The notes under the pieces were generated by a model. That model was not told the DNA's origin. It made no database searches and saw only the letters and a program-made list of their open reading frames with translations. A program made the translations under genes and the position numbers. This document shows, piece after piece, positions 57,770 through 64,000 of a stretch of 64,000 bases of DNA. The stretch comes from a virus (taxonomy: Duplodnaviria > Caudoviricetes): the IMG/VR virus record IMGVR_UViG_2974592485_000001, positions 42,186 to 106,185 of that record. One strand, 5' to 3'. Positions within the stretch are counted from its first letter, which is position 1, and each line of letters opens with the position of its first letter.

Positions 57770-58378
57770 TTATTTCACAAAGCCATAGGCTAGTGCAAGT
57801 CGTTCTATAGCTGACAGTTCTTTTTCAATTGCAGCTGGTTCAACAATAAATTGTTTTCTAAAATCGATGTACTCTTGACCATTCATACCCTTAGCTACAC
57901 TAAAAGTAGAGTCTTGATTACATGGAACAGCAACTACAGATACTTCGTAAAGCTCTAGGGCTTTAATAACGAAGATCTCTGTTACTTGATCCCACTCAGC
58001 CTCTAGGCAGCGAAAGCCAACACTAAAGGTTTTTAAGACTCCGTTTACAACCATACTAAATATGGAGGGATCGGACTCTTTAAATACTTCTGCTTTAATA
58101 TGTAGACCAGAACCGTCTGGACTCAACTCTAAAGCCTTACCAATTGGTCTGCGATGATCATGACCAAATAGTATAATAGGGTTCTTTTCGTAATTCTTTA
58201 ACGCCTCAGGGCTGGACCATGCATAGGCGGGTATAACATCCCCTGCTCTATCCTTTACGGCTACGTTTGCGTAGCCTTCGATAATTACTGAGGTGGAGTC
58301 TGCGTCCGCCTTAGTAACCATCTTCATCTCAGTATCCAACCTAATCAGGGGTTTGTAGTCTTCACTCATTAGAACCAC
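57770..58378 (-). CDS. pb11: Prohead protease (HK97 family; pb11-like)
   Basis: IEGYAN, HDHRRPIG, FSVGF, LYEVSVV.VP.N motifs. Confidence 0.93.
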   Translation of the reverse strand: MVLMSEDYKPLIRLDTEMKMVTKADADSTSVIIEGYANVAVKDRAGDVIPAYAWSSPEALKNYEKNPIILFGHDHRRPIGKALELSPDGSGLHIKAEVFKESDPSIFSMVVNGVLKTFSVGFRCLEAEWDQVTEIFVIKALELYEVSVVAVPCNQDSTFSVAKGMNGQEYIDFRKQFIVEPAAIEKELSAIERLALAYGFVK

Positions 58379-58419
58379 CTAGTTTAGTAATAATCATGAT
58401 TCCCCCTTAAAGGATACAA

Positions 58420-59127
58420 CTATTCAGTAATAGTTAAATTACCTATAGTCGTTTCAACCTCTATTCTATCCTTAAATGGCAGTACACCTGCCCCTGAAGT
58501 ATAACCCGTAAGTCTACCAGAGACATAATCCATAAGCAATCTCTCTGTGCTATCATCAGGAACAGAAGTTATGTTATATCTAGCTTCGGCAGGAGTAACA
58601 ATTAGTTGGATAGTAGTATCTATAGGCGTACTAGATGCTGCGATACTATTTGGCACAGCCACTACGGAAGTAGCCTGTACATAAGGAAGTAGTGTCACGT
58701 CCTCATATTTGGTTTCAGTAGAAGTTGCAAAGGTTATAATTACGTTATCACCTGTTACGCCGTCCATAAATACATCCCATAAGCCTGCGCCTACAGCAGA
58801 TTTATCTACTACTACCACACTAGGAGCGTTAGTCGTAACTGTTACAGCACCCTGAGCACCCGTAACTTTGTACCTAGCAACAGCATTATGTCTAGGGGCT
58901 ACAGTAGTAACTCGAGTAATACTCATTCCAACAGAACCTGCGCCAGAGTATTCTTTTACAAAACGTTTCCAAACAGCTCTGTTAGTATGAGCTGTTGTCA
59001 TACCTAACTCCCGTCTAAGAGCTTGATAGCTCTTAACATATGGGTGAACTGCTATAGTTGCAAAGAAAATATGGGCCTCTGGAAGAGTTTCTCCAAATAT
59101 TTCTTTTATAGCTGTATAATTTATCAT
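58420..59127 (-). CDS. pb10: Capsid decoration protein (pb10-like) with extended beta-rich C-terminus
   Basis: LPE.HIFFAT.A.H...LRRELG N-terminal domain. Confidence 0.8.
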   Translation of the reverse strand: MINYTAIKEIFGETLPEAHIFFATIAVHPYVKSYQALRRELGMTTAHTNRAVWKRFVKEYSGAGSVGMSITRVTTVAPRHNAVARYKVTGAQGAVTVTTNAPSVVVVDKSAVGAGLWDVFMDGVTGDNVIITFATSTETKYEDVTLLPYVQATSVVAVPNSIAASSTPIDTTIQLIVTPAEARYNITSVPDDSTERLLMDYVSGRLTGYTSGAGVLPFKDRIEVETTIGNLTITE

Positions 59128-60335
59128 TCCTCTTCCTCATCAGATTCTGGACGTCCACCTTCCTGTCCACTAACACCTGTCGCAGAACCCGCAATGTTTG
59201 CAGGAATACGAATCTTATTCATAGCAGGGTCATCAAGTTCTTCTAGATTAAGCTCAAGACGAGCCTCATTACCTGTCATGATACCATTGTTTACTAGAGA
59301 TGTCAAATGCTTAGCTTCTTTTTCCTTGTCAGGAGTAAGGGCTATTACATTCTTTATATTTGGTTTAACTTCCCATCCAAAGTAAAAAGATACAGCACTA
59401 GTTAACTTGTTTAACATAGGAACTATAGTCATGTAGTAGAACAGTTCTATGTTTGGTCTAATATTCGCGTTGTTTCCACCGTCTATAAGGACTTGTGGAA
59501 TACCTAAAGCTAGGCAAATATTCTTTTCAAAACGATTAATATCGCTCTCAAAGTCAAGATCTTTAAAAGATGAGATTTGAGAATACGGTTTTGCTTTAAG
59601 CCCTGCATCTAGGATTAATACTGTTGACTGTCCTGTAGTAGGGTTATAGTCTAGTTTAATCTCCTCTTGTTTTCTTTCTCTCAGCTTTTTGTTCAGAATT
59701 TCTTCTGTCTCTATAATAAGACCTATCACAGTACCGTTATCTAGAAATTTTTCCTTGAACTGTAGCATCTTGTCTCTTTTAGTTATAGAGTCGACAGTAG
59801 ATGCAATACGTGATTGTCCAGAAATTTGTGAGTTAACACCACACAAGTAACTGTTATCTTTTATAAAGATTATTTCATCTACACCATATCTTATTTGATT
59901 ATTAAAGGTGTAGTATTTCACAAACTTTTTCTCATCCGCTTCTACCTGCATTAAAGCAGCCGGTACATGATAAAGAGATGAGCCATCCCAATATATGTAT
60001 GCGCAGCCCTCAAATAGGAGGTCTGTAATTAGAAGACGACGAAATGTACTAGTATCCATATATGGATTAGGACGCACGTTTAAAAGACTACTTAAAGTCT
60101 TCTGTTTAACCCCTGACCCATACGTAGTTATCTTTAAACTATCGCCGACTGTGTACCCACATTCGGCGGCGCTATCAATAACCATGTTGGATGTTCTATT
60201 TAGGATTTCTGTTGTGCGGTAGGCCCGAGACGTCGTTATTGGTTTTATATTTGTACGAGAGCTTATAGGCTCTAAGTCTCTTATAATTCTTTGGCCTGGG
60301 TTTAGTTTTTCTGTAATCCAACTTTTAAAACCCAT
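59124..60335 (-). CDS. pb7: Portal protein (pb7-like)
   Basis: MGFKSWITEKLNPGQ, PNPYMD, GIMTGNEAR motifs. Confidence 0.95.
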   Translation of the reverse strand: MGFKSWITEKLNPGQRIIRDLEPISSRTNIKPITTSRAYRTTEILNRTSNMVIDSAAECGYTVGDSLKITTYGSGVKQKTLSSLLNVRPNPYMDTSTFRRLLITDLLFEGCAYIYWDGSSLYHVPAALMQVEADEKKFVKYYTFNNQIRYGVDEIIFIKDNSYLCGVNSQISGQSRIASTVDSITKRDKMLQFKEKFLDNGTVIGLIIETEEILNKKLRERKQEEIKLDYNPTTGQSTVLILDAGLKAKPYSQISSFKDLDFESDINRFEKNICLALGIPQVLIDGGNNANIRPNIELFYYMTIVPMLNKLTSAVSFYFGWEVKPNIKNVIALTPDKEKEAKHLTSLVNNGIMTGNEARLELNLEELDDPAMNKIRIPANIAGSATGVSGQEGGRPESDEEEE

Positions 60336-60339
60336 ATTG

Positions 60340-60560
60340 TTACCTTACCTTTGCTTATTCGTAAATAAAGAACAGTACCTTAAAAATCAACTACACATAA
60401 TATTTGTTGTTATCGACTCAACATATGTAAGTCCATAAGGTATTGGGTCTTTGCCCTTTGTGTAGAGTAACTAATGAGGTACTGTAGAGCTATTCTGCTC
60501 CTTAATTTTTTGTAAGCTAAACTTGAAACTATTTTGTTCCTTTATTTAGCTAATTAATTT
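60340..60560 (-). pseudogene. Possible decayed remnant of the T5-type nicking HNH endonuclease gene
   Basis: Occupies the terL-portal slot behind an intact promoter; fragments IVSSLAYKK and H*LLYTKGKDP; no intact ORF. Confidence 0.3.
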
Positions 60561-60585
60561 TTCTTTGCTACTTCAATATGTTTAT

Positions 60586-60614
60586 AGTATATATAATCTA
60601 GACGAATTTGTAAA
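60586..60614 (-). promoter_or_regulatory. Late sigma70 promoter
   Basis: TTTACA-N17-TATACT. Confidence 0.6.
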
Positions 60615-60663
60615 GCACTTTTTAAGATTCTAGAAAGGAAAATCTACGAATGAGTAAATTACC

Positions 60664-61974
60664 TTATTTACCTCTAGCAATGGAGTACAATGCGTATCTT
60701 AGAGCATCCGCCATGTGAGAATACTTATCGTGAACAGGCTTCTCTTTAGACAGCACGTTATTATCAGGCATAGACCATGAATAGCCTTGTAATGCAGCTA
60801 TCAAGTTCTTACAGCTAGAGTCTATAATAATCTTATCTTGCTGGAACAAAGACTGTAATAACGCAATACCATCTAGAACTGATTTCTTAGCAGCAGATGA
60901 AGGTATCTCATGTTCGTAAGCTAAATCCTGTCTGAACTGTGCAGCAGCAGCGTCCACAAACACTCTATCAACTGAGTACTTATCAATAGTCTTTTGAATG
61001 TACGCAGCATGTTGAGCTGTAGTAAGCTCGGCCTGCTGGTACTCTTCTAGAATATAGTAAATATCAGTATCGTAGTGGTATTTAAGAGTAAGGATAGCTG
61101 TAGGGTCTCTATAACCCACGTCAATACCCATAAGTGTTTCAAACTCTTCCACATCAAAGAAGTTTCTGTACATATTGCTAAGATCTTTAACATGCGTATC
61201 CATATTAAAGGTATCAAATATTTGACCTTCAAATACTGTAAAGTCAGCTTCATATTCTTGACGGAAGTATGCGTCAGTAACTGTTCTTCTGGCTTCCTCA
61301 ATATCCGCTAGATCTGCTCTAGGGTTATCTTTATACGTTCCGTGAATAGAAACCCAGTTATGCAAGTCACTAAAGCCCTTTTCATAGAACATCTTAAACC
61401 AGTTATTACCCCGTGGAGTAGATATAAACAGCGCCTTGCTGTTGGGCTTATCCAACGTAGGGCGCAGCTGTATGTCAAACGCATTACCACCTTCAGGAGA
61501 AATAGCTGCTTCGTCAAAAATAATAAAGTCGTAGGATCTACCAACAGCACTATCGGGCTGGGCAGCAGAAGCTATCTTAAAAAGAGAACCATTATCTAGC
61601 TCTATTTCCTTGTCTTTACTGTTCTCACGTACGGTTTTAAGACCGTACTTATTAATTAACTTCTTAATCTGATCCCAGCCGATATTTGCTAGAGAGTAGT
61701 TTGGAGCAACTACTAAAACTTTCACGTTACGTTCCAGTAGCTTTAAGAACCCTAGAGTATATGCTATAAACGACTTACCTACACGCCTAGATACACAAGC
61801 AACAACGAATCTGTGTTTAGGGTCTTCTAGTGCGTTTATAATAGCCACTTGAGGGTTATTAGGAGTTATGCCCTCCTTAGATAAAATACCTGAGACTGGG
61901 AACTTAAAAAATCTACGTTCAACTCCAAAGTCTACTATGTCTTTAGTATTAACATATTTCCTAGAGACCTGCAT
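60664..61974 (-). CDS. terL: Terminase large subunit
   Basis: SRRVGKS, FDEAA, ISTP, GIDVG, HMADALRY motifs. Confidence 0.96.
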   Translation of the reverse strand: MQVSRKYVNTKDIVDFGVERRFFKFPVSGILSKEGITPNNPQVAIINALEDPKHRFVVACVSRRVGKSFIAYTLGFLKLLERNVKVLVVAPNYSLANIGWDQIKKLINKYGLKTVRENSKDKEIELDNGSLFKIASAAQPDSAVGRSYDFIIFDEAAISPEGGNAFDIQLRPTLDKPNSKALFISTPRGNNWFKMFYEKGFSDLHNWVSIHGTYKDNPRADLADIEEARRTVTDAYFRQEYEADFTVFEGQIFDTFNMDTHVKDLSNMYRNFFDVEEFETLMGIDVGYRDPTAILTLKYHYDTDIYYILEEYQQAELTTAQHAAYIQKTIDKYSVDRVFVDAAAAQFRQDLAYEHEIPSSAAKKSVLDGIALLQSLFQQDKIIIDSSCKNLIAALQGYSWSMPDNNVLSKEKPVHDKYSHMADALRYALYSIARGK

Positions 61975-62450
61975 TATTTTCCTCCTCTAGTAATACTCTC
62001 TATTAGTTCTACATAGTTAACATCATTACTTCCTAGGATAATGTTATTTTGAGTATTATTCTGTGTTCCTGCGTTTTTGCTCTTAGCTTCTTCAAGTTGA
62101 ATAAGCATTTTCATTTCTTCCATCTTCATTTTGTGGGCTTTCCATAAAATATCCATGATATCCTGGTCAGAACCGTATTCAGGGTTGTCTCTTAAGGTAG
62201 AAACTTTTCTATCGATAATCTCATCCAGGACACCAAAAAGCTTATCTCTATTTCTATACCCACTTTCCATGAATAAAGTATTAATATAGTTTTTAACTTC
62301 TGGTTTTTGCAGCATCATTCTACACTGGACTTCTGTGATACCTAGGAACCGTGCCGTCGCTGGCACGTCACTTCCGTTTGCTATATAAGCGTCAATAACT
62401 TCCATCCCTTCTGGGGACATTAAATCTGGTACTAATAGGTCGTTAGCCAT
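61974..62450 (-). CDS. terS: Terminase small subunit
   Basis: [15 protein letters not shown] start after an RBS; synteny. Confidence 0.85.
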   Translation of the reverse strand: MANDLLVPDLMSPEGMEVIDAYIANGSDVPATARFLGITEVQCRMMLQKPEVKNYINTLFMESGYRNRDKLFGVLDEIIDRKVSTLRDNPEYGSDQDIMDILWKAHKMKMEEMKMLIQLEEAKSKNAGTQNNTQNNIILGSNDVNYVELIESITRGGK

Positions 62451-62495
62451 AGTGAATTCCTTCTTAAATTTCATTTGCATTTTAGTTATGAATTT

Positions 62496-62524
62496 AGTAT
62501 AATATAATTATTAGAAAATGTAAA
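62496..62524 (-). promoter_or_regulatory. Sigma70 promoter (terS)
   Basis: TTTACA-N17-TATACT. Confidence 0.6.
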
Positions 62525-62569
62525 CTCAATAATTTAATTTAACTAAGATAAACTCGCCGAGGAGACATT

Positions 62570-62863
62570 ATGAGTGATACTAACATTAACATGAATGTTA
62601 CTCCCTATCACCCTCATCCGTACCGTAGTAAAGAAAATGGATATAGAGAGTGCTCTGAAGTCCTTAAAGGACCTTACACTAGGATAGAGTACTGTAAGCA
62701 TCCAGCTACAGGTGAGCTGTCCCATCCACATATTACAACTATGGTTGATTATAGATTTAAAAATAAGAAAGGGAAGTGGATTGAAATTACTGAGTATCCC
62801 CTTCAAATCATATGGTTAACAGAACAGGAGGCAGAAGTATGGACACAAGACAATACTTATTAG
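62570..62863 (+). CDS. Hypothetical protein
   Basis: GAGGAG RBS. Confidence 0.7.
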   Translation: MSDTNINMNVTPYHPHPYRSKENGYRECSEVLKGPYTRIEYCKHPATGELSHPHITTMVDYRFKNKKGKWIEITEYPLQIIWLTEQEAEVWTQDNTY

Positions 62864-63060
62864 ACAAAGGTTGGACAATAAGCTATTATATTAACTACAT
62901 AATCATACACCTAGGAGATTCAGAGTTACATATCTTTGGTCCAAGATATTTATTGGATACCCAAATACACTACGAAGTCTATTATGAGTTAGATAAGTTT
63001 GCTTATGAAGCTAGAGTTAAAGAACTAGAAGAAATCATTGAGGAGATGCTAAATGACTGA
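62839..63060 (+). CDS. Hypothetical protein
   Basis: AGGAGG RBS before ATG 62839. Confidence 0.65.
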   Translation: MDTRQYLLDKGWTISYYINYIIIHLGDSELHIFGPRYLLDTQIHYEVYYELDKFAYEARVKELEEIIEEMLND

Positions 63061-63400
63061 TATAACTACTAAACAAGTAGACAAAAGAATGGCTGACGAT
63101 CCCCGTAAAAATATTAGAATTGCGGACATTCTAACTAAAGAGCTAGGGTATGGCCTTAGATTGTCCCATACAGGTTATGAGATAACTAAAGATGGCAAAG
63201 TTCTAGAGTCAGAAGGCCATTATACAAGAGCGCAAGCAACATCTAACTTTGATAGATTAGTACGTAAGTACTACTGGGCTAAAGTGGAGATCTTTTACTT
63301 AAAACACGGTATCAATGAGGAAGACCCTATAGATTTCTTTAAAGCGCATATGGAAGCAGATTTTATAAAACGTCTGGTATCTCTTAAGGAGTGGAAATGA
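63053..63400 (+). CDS. Hypothetical protein
   Basis: GAGGAG RBS; overlap coupling. Confidence 0.7.
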   Translation: MTDITTKQVDKRMADDPRKNIRIADILTKELGYGLRLSHTGYEITKDGKVLESEGHYTRAQATSNFDRLVRKYYWAKVEIFYLKHGINEEDPIDFFKAHMEADFIKRLVSLKEWK

Positions 63401-63855
63401 ATAGCATTGGATCTCCACTAGAATCATTATATAGACCGAGTGCTATTATTGATCTAAGACTTATCTTTTCGGATAAGACTCTATTTTCCGGTAGGAATAA
63501 CGGAAGTCTGGTAGGCTTTCGACCTGCGAAAGTTTTGATTATTATGGCTTCCGAAGGTTCTGTAATATCTAGTAGCTTTCTGCTAGGAATGCTATCCGAT
63601 TGGCTATTCTGCGTTTGTGTAGACAATAATATTTCAGGGAAACGCGCACTTACTGAGTATGTATTAGACAGGGTAGAATTTATAGGATTCAACAATCACG
63701 TGAGTTCTGAGCTTACTCGTGCGGTGGAAAGGTGGTATTCGGAGCACCTGGGGAGACTGCGTGAGTCTGGTATGACTATCGTGAGTTCTCGTGAGAAAGG
63801 TGTGGATTGGGTGAGTACTTCAAGTGGGGTGATTAAAGCCCCGCGTAAGAAATAG
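63391..63855 (+). CDS. Hypothetical protein
   Basis: AAGGAG RBS; the 3' part runs into the GTGAG repeat zone. Confidence 0.5.
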   Translation: MEMNSIGSPLESLYRPSAIIDLRLIFSDKTLFSGRNNGSLVGFRPAKVLIIMASEGSVISSSFLLGMLSDWLFCVCVDNNISGKRALTEYVLDRVEFIGFNNHVSSELTRAVERWYSEHLGRLRESGMTIVSSREKGVDWVSTSSGVIKAPRKK

Positions 63856-63983
63856 TGTGAGTATTCAGGGGTTTACTAACTGATTTATAAAGTTGAAATG
63901 CTAGATTTTTGAAAAACAAAATAGCGTGAGTATTCGGGAATTTACCAACTGATTTATAGAGTTGAAATACTCAATTTTTGAAA
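63850..63983 (+). repeat. Two imperfect tandem copies of a 69-bp unit
   Basis: aaatagYgtgagtattc.gg..tttac.aactgatttata.agttgaaat.ct..atttttgaaa at 63850 and 63919. Confidence 0.85.
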
Positions 63984-64000
63984 GTTACACATGTGAGGGG

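Overview
A 64-kb segment of a T5-like siphophage genome (Demerecviridae-type gene order, divergent from T5 itself). From left to right: (i) the edge of the tRNA/stable-RNA region (1-780; non-coding and structured, with one degenerate tRNA-like element); (ii) a leftward early block (DUF4326, YqeY-like, SleB, a coiled-coil protein followed by a structured heptamer-repeat RNA, DEDDh exonuclease, RNase H, ThyA, DHFR-like, NrdB, NrdA, PhoH); (iii) a rightward replication block (NrdD, Sir2, origin-binding helicase, D2, D3, PC4-like, SLOG, split NAD ligase, D5, D6 helicase, primase, Pol A, D10-D15, dUTPase); (iv) a leftward late block (TerS, TerL, portal, decoration protein, protease, capsid, tail genes through the L-shaped fibre); (v) small rightward ORFs and repeats, probably approaching the terminal-repeat junction. 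The best candidate for an undescribed system is a 210-aa coiled-coil gene followed immediately by a ~360-nt RNA that is closed by a 24-bp stem and carries twelve tandem ~7-nt A(A/G)AGnYn units. Other highlights: a +1 UCC-UUU-CGU frameshift signal in the tail chaperone; no pb5/llp at the T5 locus, with a lambdoid/T1-type J-tip module present instead; an apparently decayed nicking-endonuclease gene; and a structured leader upstream of obp. Family assignments are from motif recognition and synteny, not from database searches.
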